Source: Paramoeba atlantica (Eukaryota > Protista > Discosea). Taken from it: a stretch of 64,000 nucleotides of DNA. A program made the position numbers and the translations under genes. Numbering within the stretch: the first letter of the stretch is position 1; the number at the start of each line of letters is the position of its first letter. The stretch covers positions 248,001 to 312,000 of the forward strand of contig CDRNVI010000051.1 of NCBI GenBank assembly GCA_977017575.1, written 5' to 3'. Positions 53,791 to 64,000 of this stretch are shown piece after piece. The notes under the pieces are model-generated. The model made no database searches and had not been told where the DNA came from. It saw nothing but the letters and a program-made list of their open reading frames with translations.

Positions 53791-55629
53791 CTGAATCCTT
53801 TTTCTTTTCTTACCTCTACTCTTCTCCCCCGGGCACAAGCCCACGACCCGACTTCGGCGTGACCTGTGGGGATTTGACGACCAGGCATGAGAATCGCCTA
53901 TGCGATGAGTGCGTCACTCTGCGCTCACGGCACAGAAACGACATTAGAGCACGCGCGCCGGTGCAAGCCTCTGGGACCCCTTCCTCCCGATCATCGCCGT
54001 CCTCTCCATCCTTTCGACCCAATTCTTCGCTCAGCAGGATCCCACGCTCTTCTTCTTCCAGGAGCCGATCTAGGCTCAACTCGAACATCCACTACGGTCG
54101 CCCCTACCCCGATCCTTAAGAAATCCTATAACGTTTCTTTCGCTCCATTCCCCGGATCCGACAGCTCTCGAGAGTCCTTTGCCCGCGTTTTTGTGTCAGG
54201 CCATGAGATCGCCCTTTCGACTGCTTTGGACACTACGGACAGCGACGCTCCCCCTTGGATGAGCATCCGCCAAAATTGGCCACGATGGCGAAACTGTTCA
54301 AAGCGATGGACGCGGTGCGCCATAGACTCCTCCCTGCCTTTTCCAGCTCGGGACGCCCCTTAGCCGAAACCGGAAGATGATCCGCCTCTCTGTGTCTGGT
54401 GAGGGACCTGAGGTTCGAGTACGAGGGCCTCACAGGAGGAAACAGAGGCCCGGGATCGCCGCGAGTTAATCCTCGAGGCCTTTCGTGGTCTGCACGCCAC
54501 CCAGAAGGCCATTGAGGACCGCCTCTACCTCATCAACGCGGGTAACATAGTATGCACCGAATGTGGTGCCCCACATCAGGTCGCCCTCCAAACTCATCTT
54601 GTCCGTCTCTCCTGACAAGGCCCCTCCACGCCTTAAGACCAAATACGCAGGGCGCCGCTACCGAGCCGGGCCACATACCCCCGTCCCCCGACTGCCTTGC
54701 CCAGTTCCTAGGAAGGAGTTTGGTGCGTAAGCTATGCACAGTCCAGTGCCCTGCGCGGAAGGGTCCAGTAGCTTCCCACGGAAGACAGACGAAGGGAAGG
54801 TCAAGATCGCTTGGGATCTCCTCATGGGGGTCAAGCGATTCCTGTTCCCGAGGACAAGCTGTCCCAGAGGCAGCTGGCCGAAAGCTTCGCTAACAGCGAC
54901 ATTTGGAGGGGTCGGAAACCCTTGTCCCTACTCCTCAACGCATTCCCCAAATCTGTTATGAAACATGTAGTAGAGCTGTTACCGACAGGGGCGGCCGAGA
55001 TCCTTGAACACCATAATTCCTCATTACCGTATGCCTGTAGAGGTGAACAAGGAAAGCCTTCGAACTTTTTTTTCATCCTTCGGAAAGATTTCGAAAATAC
55101 CCCTTCTGTCTAGCAAACTTCTCGCCTTTGTTTGTTGTGAAACAATTGAGCAGGCGAAACGTGCTGAATACGCATACCCATGCATGCAAGCGCTTTTAAA
55201 GGGAAAGATCAAAAAGCAGAAGGAACGGGATTAAGATTGGTAAAGTTCAAGGGTTCGAAGGAAGTTTTTTAAGGGGTGAATTACAATATATTTTTGAGAG
55301 GTTTTCCGTGCACGTTTCCATATCTTTTCACCCACTTTTTCCCAACAATTCTTTTCCATAAAACGCTTACAATTTTTTTGTAGCACGTCACGCTGATCTA
55401 GTATCATTCTCTTTCGTACTAGCGTAGTCATTTAGTATAGGAGTGAGAAAGTAAAAGCATGACCCTACATGTGCTTCTTTTAGTATCGAGAGGTTTTTAA
55501 AAGTGTTGTTAAAACATTTTCTTTTCAGTGCAGAGCGCGCTGCAGTTTATTGGCCTACAGAACGTTTCTTATTTTATTGGATTTCTACGCCTTCTTTAAA
55601 AGTGGTATTATTCCCTAGTGAGCGTTAAC

Positions 55630-57216
55630 CAATTCTGCGGGACAGTCAGTAGGGGTTTCGCCCAGAGCGCTCTACATCTGGCGCGCAAATACTCCTCAAC
55701 GAGGTGAAGACCAGGGCTTGTCGAGACAAGTCTGGATTAGTGGTCGCTTTTCTAGCCTTTGTCAAAGCTTTTCCCTCCGTCTCTTTTCGGGCTATCAAGG
55801 CTGCCCTGCAGGCTTTCCACGTTGGCCCTGCAATGCTGCGAACTATAATTTAGGCTCTTCGTTAAACGCGGTGGTTGTTTTCAACTTAGAAGTCACTCAT
55901 GCTACGCTCTCCGAGTTGAAAACCACCACCGCGTTTAACGAAGAGCCTAAAAAAGAAAATTTAGCCTGGAAAACGGAAAGATTATAGCCAAAAATAGCCG
56001 AATTTCGGGTACAAATGGGGTCATTTTCGCATATTTTTGCTCTCAGAGCACTAAATCCGACATTTGCGCGTGGGAAATCACTCGCAGGCATGAATGAAAG
56101 CCTACCGAACGTATTGGGTAGAGAATGCGACTCCAACCATACCATTCTTTCGACACAAAAATGCCCCTTTAGATCCGAAAAATACTTTTTCACCTTTTTT
56201 AGTCAAAAATGGGTCATTTTGAGGGGCGCACCACGGTTCGAAGAAGGGATACCTTGCGAAAACAACTGCGGAGAAAGCTAGTGTAGGTCCCAAACTATCA
56301 AAATACAATAGGGGAAACGATTTTGGAAAAATATTTTTTTTGCCATTTTTTTCGCCAAGTTGAAATTTTTTTCAAATTTTTTTTTCCGAAAAAATCCGAA
56401 CTTGGCGGACCCGTCCTGCGGATACGCGGGGGGGTCACCCCCGGGTAGGGGGGTGGAAAATGCGCGCCAAGACCCCGGCTACCCTTTCTGCGGCTTTTTT
56501 TCGAAAACTAATTTTTTCGAAAAAATTTGCTCGACCATGCCCCCCCCCCCCTGGACCCCCCCCCTGGACCCCCCCCATGGACCCCCCATTTTTTTCAAAA
56601 AAAAATTTCAGTTTTGGACCACCGGAGCCCCCTTTTATATTTTTTTCTTCTATTATATTACTGTGTTCCTCTTTATATTTTCACTGTTTTTGTTCACTTT
56701 TTTTTCAATAATCGAGTGTAGAGCGGTAGTTTTACAACCACCGCAATGTCTATATACATAGGTCTTGAGGGTGTTGTTCGGACCCCCTACGGAAATACGG
56801 ATTCATTTCAAATCACAACTGGTATTCTTCAAGGGGACGTTTTGGCACCTTATCTTTTCATTCTTGTCATTGACCGCATTCTACACCGAGCATTGGACGG
56901 CAAGCCCCTTGGGGTTCTTCTTAGGAGCCAAAGGACAAAGAGCAGAGGGTTACAAGAGGTACGGCTACAAGACATCAACTATTCTGATGATATCGCTCCA
57001 TTGGTATCAACTAAAGGTGAGATCTCCCGCATGATTGACCTCACGGCTCAGGAGTCTCAACGAGCGAATTTTCAAATCGCCATAGGCAAGACGAAAACAG
57101 CATGGATGAGATTTGGTAGAGTTCCAGGTGGACAAAAAGAGCTCAGCACGGCCTACCTGGGCAAAATTTCGTACGTTGACAAATACAGGTATCTGGGGCA
57201 GCTTCAAGAATCATAA
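55630..57216 (+). pseudogene. Non-LTR (LINE-type) reverse transcriptase remnant split by an 895-bp insertion
   Basis: Left part: SQ*GFRPERST...AFLAFVKAFPSVS...AMLRTI. Right part: MSIY...TGILQGDVLAPYLF...NYSDDI...KYRYLG. The two parts join in frame when 55850-56747 is removed. Confidence 0.88.
55850..56744 (-). mobile_element. Insertion of the palindrome-cored repeat into the RT remnant, flanked by AAT
   Basis: AAT at 55847-55849 and 56745-56747. Starts with a 36-bp/29-nt/36-bp palindrome (1 mismatch), ends with mini-hairpin gcggtagttttacaaccaccgc, and the body matches rc(1-500). Confidence 0.72.
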
Positions 57217-57289
57217 AAAATAGGCAAAACGTCACTCTATTTTTACTCAACAAAAGGCTATTCCCTCTCGCTTCTTCCTTCCAATTTTG

Positions 57290-57400
57290 CTTTTTTGGGC
57301 TTTTCCTTAAACGCGGAGGTAGTTTTCAACGCAAAGCGCGCAGCAGTGGTGACCTCTATGTTGAAAACAACCATCGTGTTTAAGGAAGAGTCCAAAAAAG
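57290..57400. repeat. Another palindromic core with a 29-nt spacer
   Basis: ttccttaaacgcggaggtagttttcaac-gcaaagcgcgcagcagtggtgacctctat-gttgaaaacaaccatcgtgtttaaggaa. Confidence 0.88.
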
Positions 57401-57793
57401 AAAAATGAGATGATCCGGAAATTCGCTCAAGAAGAAATTTTGGCAAAACTTCGAAACGCAAAGGGCCAACCACTGCAAGTGATCCCTTGCCCAAGCTACC
57501 TTCCTATACAAGATCCGGACGTTTCACCCTGTGGGGAAATACAATGACACACAACATCTGTACGCGTGGAGTAAATTATAGAGAGAAGATGGTCGATAAT
57601 TCAATCTAAAAATTTTCCTCTGCAATAAAATATAAAAAACATATTGAAAACCAAGAAAAAAGAATATTTGCCGCACTAAAGGGCGGCATCCGGGGGTTCG
57701 TGTTAAACGGGGGCGCCACAGTATACGTCAATTGTACATGGCGCAAGCTCCGGCAAGACCAGCACGATCCTTCCACTTCCGCTTCCCATCCCC

Positions 57794-60700
57794 TCACAAC
57801 GACGGCAACCCCTCTAACAAACAACGCCGCAGGGTCTTCTCCCGCCCCTCCATCACCTCCCTCCCCTCCTCCACCCCCCTCCCTTGTCCCACCCCACCCC
57901 CTAACAACGTCTGTGCCATACGTTGAATCGTCCCCGAATGCAACAACCCCTCCACCCCCTCCTCCCCCCCTTCCCCACCCCCCTCCCCCTTCCCCCTATG
58001 ATACCGAATCACCGGCACCGTCTTTTTCTCCCCTTTCCACACCCCCTCCCCCTCCCCCTCCCCCCCTCCCCCCATCGCCCCCCTCAGCACCCCCTCCCCC
58101 ACCACCCTCTTCCGTGCCGCGATCCCCACACACAGCCCCTCCACGCTCCCCTTCGTCACGCACCGGTGGACGAACACCTCCTTGGTTTGTCCGATCCGGT
58201 GGGCCCGCCCCACGGCCTGCTCCTCCACCGCGGGGTTCCACCACGGGTCCGCGACCACCACGTGGTTGGCCGCCGTGAGGTTCAGCCCCACCCCCGAGGC
58301 CATCTTACTCGCGAGCAGGACACCCACCGAGGGGTCCGTGGCGAAGGTGTGGAGCACCGCGGCGCGCTCCGCCGGGGGGAGCGACCCGTGGAGGGAGAGG
58401 CTGGGGATGTTGCTTCGGGAGAGCGCGATCTCGAGGATGGCCAGGAAGGAGACGAAGTGGGAGAAGAGGAGGATCTTGTCGTGGGGGTGGGCGGCGCGGG
58501 TGGAGGAGAGGATGGCGAGCAGCATGTCGAGTTTGCTGCTGGAGTGGAAGGGGCGGGCGCGGTAGAGGGCGCGGCGGGCGTCGAGGTCGAGGGGGGGGCG
58601 GGGGGAGGAGGCGCGGAGGGTGGCGCGGGTGAGGAAGGCGGGGCAGCCGGGGTGGGGGCAGGGGATGCGGATGGGGGTGGGGGTGGAAGCGCTGGGCTCG
58701 GGGGGGGGACCCCGGGAGGGGGGTGCGGTTGGGGTGGATTTCGTCGGGGGGTTGCCCAGCATGAGATGGGCGGAATGGGGGAGTGGACCATCGAGGGGGT
58801 GTTGAGGTGAGTGCGGTACTTCGTAGAGGGTATCCGCGCCTGGGGTGGTGCGTTCGATCTTTGAGGGGGGAGGGTCGGCGGCGCGCTCGAAGGCCGCGTT
58901 CAGGCATGGATGACACAGGGAGTGTCCACAGGGGGTGCGAACAGGGTACTCCAACACTTGTTCGCAAATGTCACACAAGACATCGTCCTCGGTCAGGTCC
59001 GCCCCCTCCACGAGCCAGGGATGACAACAGACCTGACGCAGCCGGCAGAGCATGGCGAAAACCGACATGGCCGTTTTGGAGCTCGTGGACCGGGAGAGTT
59101 TGGTCTGGGTCCGTTGTATGATACGGTTGTACAGGGAAGCTTCCAGCCCCGTGGGGGTACACAAGTCAACAAACTCGTGTTTGGGCGGAAGGGCCACTAA
59201 GGTGCGAAAGGCGGGTTTGGAGTCGGTGCCACGTGGGCCACGTGTAGTGATGGGCATCACGGGCTCGCGTCGGAGCACAACGTTACGTAGCGAGCGCGCA
59301 AGGCTTCGGCGTAGCAGGGTGTCACTGAGGAACATCGCGTTGTCCACCTTCTTGGACACGGGCAACTCCGGCGCCCCCACAAAGCGAAGGAGGGATTGTA
59401 AGTCGAGTACGGAGTTGTGCAATGGGGTTGCGGTCACGCACCAACGTTTCATCCCAAGTAGTTGGTGGACAGCTTTCCATCGTAGCGTGGTAGAATGACG
59501 AATAATGTGGGCTTCGTCGAGAATTATCCGCTTCCAGTAGACATTAAACATGGGACCACATTGGTCACGACGCCACAAGTCTTCCTTGTTGTTAGAACCA
59601 CCTATGTGGGTGTCGTGCCCGTCACCCGATGGCCATTCTACAGAGTTGAGCTCCGACTCGTCTGACTTTTCCTCTGGGGCGGACTCCGGATCAGCGTCTT
59701 TTCGACACAGGCTGTCCGCTGCATGAGACACAAGTGTGTCATACGTGGTTAAAACAAAGTCGTATTGCTCGAGAACGGCAGAAGGGAGATTCTTGATCCC
59801 TTGCCCATGCGCAATGAATGTACGAAGCTTTAGCTCCGGTCTTATGCGGGTTTCTAATTCATGTTTCCATTGCATAATAATCGCACTGGGAACAATAATC
59901 AGAGTCCGCAGCTCCGAGGTATTTTGGCATACCGCTTTGGTCGACACAGGCGCATCCAAAAACGCTCGGCACTTTCGCAGATAGTTTGGAAATGACCGAG
60001 CGGCGTATTTCAGCCACGGTTCTATACGTGCAAGACTCTTGCTAAGAATTTCTTTATGGTTCTCCGGAGTGAGGTTCTCTGTCTCTTGATCAAGTCGAAT
60101 CCGTAGTTCAAGTAAATCCTCCCCGGGTCGAGTAAACCGTGAGCAACTTCCAATCCCAGGCAAGCGATACAGTAACCGAGTTACTGTCACAATACGGTGC
60201 ATGTGAGCAACGCTTGAGGCTTCCGGCCCCGCACTTTGAACAATTTCATGTGCCAATTGGGTATCTGAGTGCAGTAACCGCAACGGGTTGGCCAGCATAA
60301 GACCGATGAGTTCAACGGTTTTGCCGAGCCCCAGGAAATCGGCTAGTATGCCGCCATTGGAAATAATCTCACGTCGCACCATCCAAGCCACTGCTTCTTT
60401 TTGAAAAGGAAGTAACTCGATATTCAGTCTGGAAGACGGGACAATTCGTTGAATAAGTTCCTCCGAGATTGTATTTTGTGATTCCTTTTGGGTAAGTTGC
60501 TGACAAAACTCCGCTGAGAGTTCGGTTATTGGACCTTCAAGGGAGGTATCCGGATTATCTGCAGAACAGGTTGGAGGAAGCGTGTCATGAGATCCTGTTT
60601 CGTCGGTTACGTCTTTTAGATGTCTTTTTTGTGGAATAGCTGATGTTTTCGCGCAGCCTAAAACGGCATCTGACTCAGCCATCTCCGGTTTCGAACCAAC

Positions 60701-60838
60701 AGGTGAGGAGCTCCCACCTTGCTGTTTCTTAGAAAAGGTTGTGTGGCATAGCGATCTTGCTGCTGTGCACGTACGGTCCAAGTGAAAAACGGAAGGACGA
60801 ATCCTCAGAAAATGTCTTCGGGGGAGGGAAAAGTTCAT
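57794..60838 (-). CDS. RAD5/RAD16-family SNF2 helicase with RING finger
   Basis: LLPFQKEAVAWM, GGILADFLGLGKT, IILDEAH, VTATPLHN, RING CDIC...CGHSLCHPC...CPHPGC, SSKLDML, GVGLNLTAANHV..DPWWNPAVEEQAVGRAHRIGQ. Confidence 0.94.
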   Translation of the reverse strand: MNFSLPRRHFLRIRPSVFHLDRTCTAARSLCHTTFSKKQQGGSSSPVGSKPEMAESDAVLGCAKTSAIPQKRHLKDVTDETGSHDTLPPTCSADNPDTSLEGPITELSAEFCQQLTQKESQNTISEELIQRIVPSSRLNIELLPFQKEAVAWMVRREIISNGGILADFLGLGKTVELIGLMLANPLRLLHSDTQLAHEIVQSAGPEASSVAHMHRIVTVTRLLYRLPGIGSCSRFTRPGEDLLELRIRLDQETENLTPENHKEILSKSLARIEPWLKYAARSFPNYLRKCRAFLDAPVSTKAVCQNTSELRTLIIVPSAIIMQWKHELETRIRPELKLRTFIAHGQGIKNLPSAVLEQYDFVLTTYDTLVSHAADSLCRKDADPESAPEEKSDESELNSVEWPSGDGHDTHIGGSNNKEDLWRRDQCGPMFNVYWKRIILDEAHIIRHSTTLRWKAVHQLLGMKRWCVTATPLHNSVLDLQSLLRFVGAPELPVSKKVDNAMFLSDTLLRRSLARSLRNVVLRREPVMPITTRGPRGTDSKPAFRTLVALPPKHEFVDLCTPTGLEASLYNRIIQRTQTKLSRSTSSKTAMSVFAMLCRLRQVCCHPWLVEGADLTEDDVLCDICEQVLEYPVRTPCGHSLCHPCLNAAFERAADPPPSKIERTTPGADTLYEVPHSPQHPLDGPLPHSAHLMLGNPPTKSTPTAPPSRGPPPEPSASTPTPIRIPCPHPGCPAFLTRATLRASSPRPPLDLDARRALYRARPFHSSSKLDMLLAILSSTRAAHPHDKILLFSHFVSFLAILEIALSRSNIPSLSLHGSLPPAERAAVLHTFATDPSVGVLLASKMASGVGLNLTAANHVVVADPWWNPAVEEQAVGRAHRIGQTKEVFVHRCVTKGSVEGLCVGIAARKRVVGEGVLRGAMGGGGEGEGEGVWKGEKKTVPVIRYHRGKGEGGGEGGEEGVEGLLHSGTIQRMAQTLLGGGVGQGRGVEEGREVMEGREKTLRRCLLEGLPSL

Positions 60839-61660
60839 TACATGCGACAGAGTAATAACCTAGAGTAGTAATAAGACCTACTGAGTAATAACGAAACTAC
60901 TCGAATTAGTCAATAAAAGGAAAGCAAGGTGGAAGTACTTTTTAATCAAAGGTGCAGAAAATCACCTAAATAATTCTTGTCTAAAATGGTCCAATACATA
61001 CCTGGGCATGGCTTCTATGCCTTCCATAACGCGTTCAAGATATGGAACGATAAATGTAGGTAATGTTTCGGATAATTTGCAAGCTAAACATAGAGGGAAC
61101 TATTTACTAAATATTCTAAAACGTTTATGAAAAAGAGAGGAAAAAGAGAAAAAGAAGGAAAGGTGGTATCTTTTAACAATGCTATTGTTTTTTTTTGTTT
61201 TTTTATTGTTGTAACCTACGCGTTCAAGCCTTGCAACTATTGCATTGTGGGGTGAAAGTAAAGGAAAATTCGCTTCTTTATGACTTTTTAGCTTGACATT
61301 TTTCTTTTCAACAAAAGGACATTATCTACGTACATAATATTGTATATGACTATTGTATACTCATTTTCCGTTATTTTCTATGGTATGCCAGGGGTGTCGT
61401 GGGTTCGCTTGTCGATGACAGTTCACCCTCAGCCGTATATCACGCTGGTCGGAAGCACAGTGCGAGCACTGGCTTCGAAGGCACGGGCTTGTCACGAGAA
61501 GCGTTTTCTGTGGAAAAAGGGCACACTCATCAACAAAAGAAATGGAATTAGAGGATAGTGTGTGGCACTGTACTAAGAAATGCAAGAGTAGATTTCTAGA
61601 TAGGGTGTAAACTAAGGTGTAAAGCAAATGTTTTTCAAAAAGGGCGAATTTTCCTTTACT

Positions 61661-63754
61661 TTAACCCATTGTGGCAAGTTTGGACAGCGGTCCTTCCATG
61701 AGCACCGAAAGCTCGGAACAGTAGGAAACAAGTTCCCCCCAAAGGGGATCTTTTCGCAGTGTGTGGGAGTTCCCAACAATAATCAAACCCTCCTGTGCCC
61801 TTGTCAATGCAACATTCATACGACGGCGTTCGGAAAGAAACCCGATTCCGCCATTAGGACTGCTCCGTACACAACTAAACAGAATGTACTTCTTCTCGCG
61901 TCCTTGAAATGCATCCACCGTGTTGATCTCGACGCGGAGAAAGTCTTTTGAAACTTTTGTAGGCGAACTCAGCGCGAGGGACTCGACATGACGGGCAATA
62001 TACGCACGCTGTCCTTGATAGGGCGTAATCACCGCGATGTCGGTGGGACTCACCCCACCCTTGAGGAGTCGGGAGACGCAGCTCTCGATGAGTGCCGTCT
62101 CACCCTCATTCAGATACGACTCCTGGAGATTACAACGTACGTCACGGCCCTCACTGTGATAAAACAAAATCGGGGCTTCCCGATTGGGCCACGGGAAGTG
62201 GGACCGGTTCGCACGATACGACACCGGCCAGTCCTTATTCTGAACCGACCCCCCATAGAAATGTTTCGAGGAAAACTTTGCAATCGCGGGGTGCATACGG
62301 TATTGCACACGGAGCATATACGGGCGTACGCCTAACGCGATCAGACGCTCAAAAAGCGTCCCGCAAAGCCCCTCTTTTTTCGCCTTCTCGGAGAGGATCG
62401 TGGGCCCCAGTTGTTTGTGGTCACCGACGAGAACCGTGTGACGGGTGCCGCGGACCAACGGGATCAGTGTCTCCGGTTCACACGCCTGCGTGGCCTCATC
62501 GACCAGGACCTGGTGGAAACAAAACGTGGAGAGGCGTTTGTCTGCGGCCCCCATGCACGTAGTGCAGATCACACGTGCCTTGCGAAGAATCTCAACTTCA
62601 AAAGGGAGACTCAGGTGTTGAATGCGTCGGCGTTGTCGGATGGTGGTATACTTCTTCCTTGCCTCTGCGAGATCTCGACACCGAGGGTCGGTTTTGATCA
62701 TCTCATCAAGCCGTACGTGGAGGTCGTACGGGTGCTTCGGGGTTAGCGGACTCATTTCCCTCTTGCGGGAGTACAGCCGGACAACGCTAAGGCCACAGCT
62801 GGAAATACGTTCCGCGATGTGATCCACCGTAACGTTACTGGGGGAGCACACCAGAATTTGGGAACGCACCGATTTTACCATTTGGTAGACTATGGTCGCA
62901 CTGGTTGTCGTCTTGCCGGTCCCAGGCGGGCCTTGGATGAGGGTGAGACAACCCTGCAGCGCACTTTGAACGGCTTCCAATTGACTCTCGTTTAACGTTG
63001 GGAGCATTGGGGCGTCGACATGAACATTGTGACGGGACGGGGCGGGGAGGTATCGACTGATATTATTTCCCAGCAAAATTCTATAAATATATTCCGAAAA
63101 AGTGGTGAGATCGGGACCTAGGGCAAACGTCAGCAAGGCGTCGTTCATGCGCCGATAACAAGTGTCATCCCATGTCTTTTTACGGGTGACGGTCATGCGG
63201 CTCCGTGAGGGCTGTGCTCGAGTAGTACTTTCGTACAGCAATCTCACATTTAGCATTCCTGTCGTAGTGGAAGGTGAAATGTCTTTAATCACTGCCATTT
63301 CTTTAGTATAATTATTTACCTTTTGCACTTGAAGCTGTGACATACGATCGCACAGAAGATTCTCTCCCGAAAGGCTAGAAGCAGATGGTTTTCCAACCTC
63401 AGTTTCCTTCGCAAAGCTCTTTAGTAAATCCCCGCGCTGCATAGTGTTCACGTACGTTGTGACTCCACCCTTTTTTCGACGACGCCCCTGGCCTTGCAGA
63501 AGGGTGAATTGTGTGTTCTGATGCAAAGAAATCTGATCTCCGGCGACCAGGTGCATACCTCGAAGCAAGTGCTCCCAAACCTGAAAAGTGCCGTACGTGT
63601 CACCCTCATCATCAACCTTCCAGTTCACCGTAATCTCAGTCAATTGTTTCTTCGATTGCGAGTCGCGATTATGATTTTTTTCCAAATGCACTAAATCTCG
63701 ATAAACTAGTTGATATGCTCGCCCACTGTGGTAGCTCAATTCTGTTTTTGACAT
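61661..63754 (-). CDS. UPF1: UPF1-like SF1 RNA helicase lacking the N-terminal CH domain
   Basis: LIQGPPGTGKT, VCSPSNVTVD, VLVDEATQACEPE, LVGDHKQLG, VQYRMHP, ITPYQGQ, VDAFQGREK, RRMNVALTRA. The start aligns with the UPF1 segment just after the CH domain. Confidence 0.8.
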   Translation of the reverse strand: MSKTELSYHSGRAYQLVYRDLVHLEKNHNRDSQSKKQLTEITVNWKVDDEGDTYGTFQVWEHLLRGMHLVAGDQISLHQNTQFTLLQGQGRRRKKGGVTTYVNTMQRGDLLKSFAKETEVGKPSASSLSGENLLCDRMSQLQVQKVNNYTKEMAVIKDISPSTTTGMLNVRLLYESTTRAQPSRSRMTVTRKKTWDDTCYRRMNDALLTFALGPDLTTFSEYIYRILLGNNISRYLPAPSRHNVHVDAPMLPTLNESQLEAVQSALQGCLTLIQGPPGTGKTTTSATIVYQMVKSVRSQILVCSPSNVTVDHIAERISSCGLSVVRLYSRKREMSPLTPKHPYDLHVRLDEMIKTDPRCRDLAEARKKYTTIRQRRRIQHLSLPFEVEILRKARVICTTCMGAADKRLSTFCFHQVLVDEATQACEPETLIPLVRGTRHTVLVGDHKQLGPTILSEKAKKEGLCGTLFERLIALGVRPYMLRVQYRMHPAIAKFSSKHFYGGSVQNKDWPVSYRANRSHFPWPNREAPILFYHSEGRDVRCNLQESYLNEGETALIESCVSRLLKGGVSPTDIAVITPYQGQRAYIARHVESLALSSPTKVSKDFLRVEINTVDAFQGREKKYILFSCVRSSPNGGIGFLSERRRMNVALTRAQEGLIIVGNSHTLRKDPLWGELVSYCSELSVLMEGPLSKLATMG

Positions 63755-64000
63755 ATATTTTGTATACGGTGTATGATATACCTCGTAGTTTTTTTTGAAA
63801 AATGAGTGCAGATGTGGTAAAAGGATGAGAACGAAAGAATCTTAAACACAACTTGAAGCACATACAGGGGTGTAAATTTGGATGTGGAAAATTTATAAAA
63901 CTTGACCAAGTTTAGAACATAATAGCGCATTCGAGAGCTCTCGAACAGGACGCATGAACGTGCATGTACGGCATCTACGTTAAGTAGATTTTCGGGAGCA

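Noticed and set aside
53640-55113. PHD-finger/gag ORF1 of the LINE remnant
   Set aside because: Only scattered Cys/His motifs (FHFGC, LCDEC, CTECGAPH) across broken frames; not enough to call a feature.
57700-59498. Long plus-strand and alternative-frame ORFs overlapping the RAD5-like gene (also over RAD51, PDI and PI4K)
   Set aside because: Low-complexity Pro/Gly/Arg-rich shadows expected in GC-rich coding DNA.
1-64000. tRNA, rRNA or telomeric repeats
   Set aside because: No convincing cloverleaf, rRNA segment or tandem TTAGGG was seen by eye; tRNAscan-SE or Infernal would be needed to exclude them formally.

Overview
Eukaryotic, intron-free, transposon-rich 64 kb window. Every recognisable housekeeping gene lies on the minus strand, as in a kinetoplastid-type directional gene cluster: EDRF1-like, RAD51, two LRR proteins, PDI/thioredoxin, TOP3A, PI4K-beta, cis-prenyltransferase, RAD5/16-like SNF2 helicase and a UPF1-like helicase. 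The organism is inferred to be a kinetoplastid-like euglenozoan; this is not proven. Between the genes sit many mobile elements: PIF/Harbinger, Merlin (IS1595-like), hAT, Tc1 and pogo remnants, TA-flanked MITEs, RLE-type and RT-type non-LTR fragments, and a palindrome-cored dispersed repeat. The stand-out object is a complete, apparently young 6.2 kb tyrosine-recombinase retrotransposon (4680-10866; gag-YR-RT/RNaseH). Both of its termini are perfectly complementary to one internal 138-bp block upstream of gag, which reads as an inverted copy of the predicted circle junction (split INVERTED repeats). It is integrated at a GAA core whose empty site can be read from an adjacent paralogous duplicate. 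All protein family calls are from motif recognition by eye; no searches were run.
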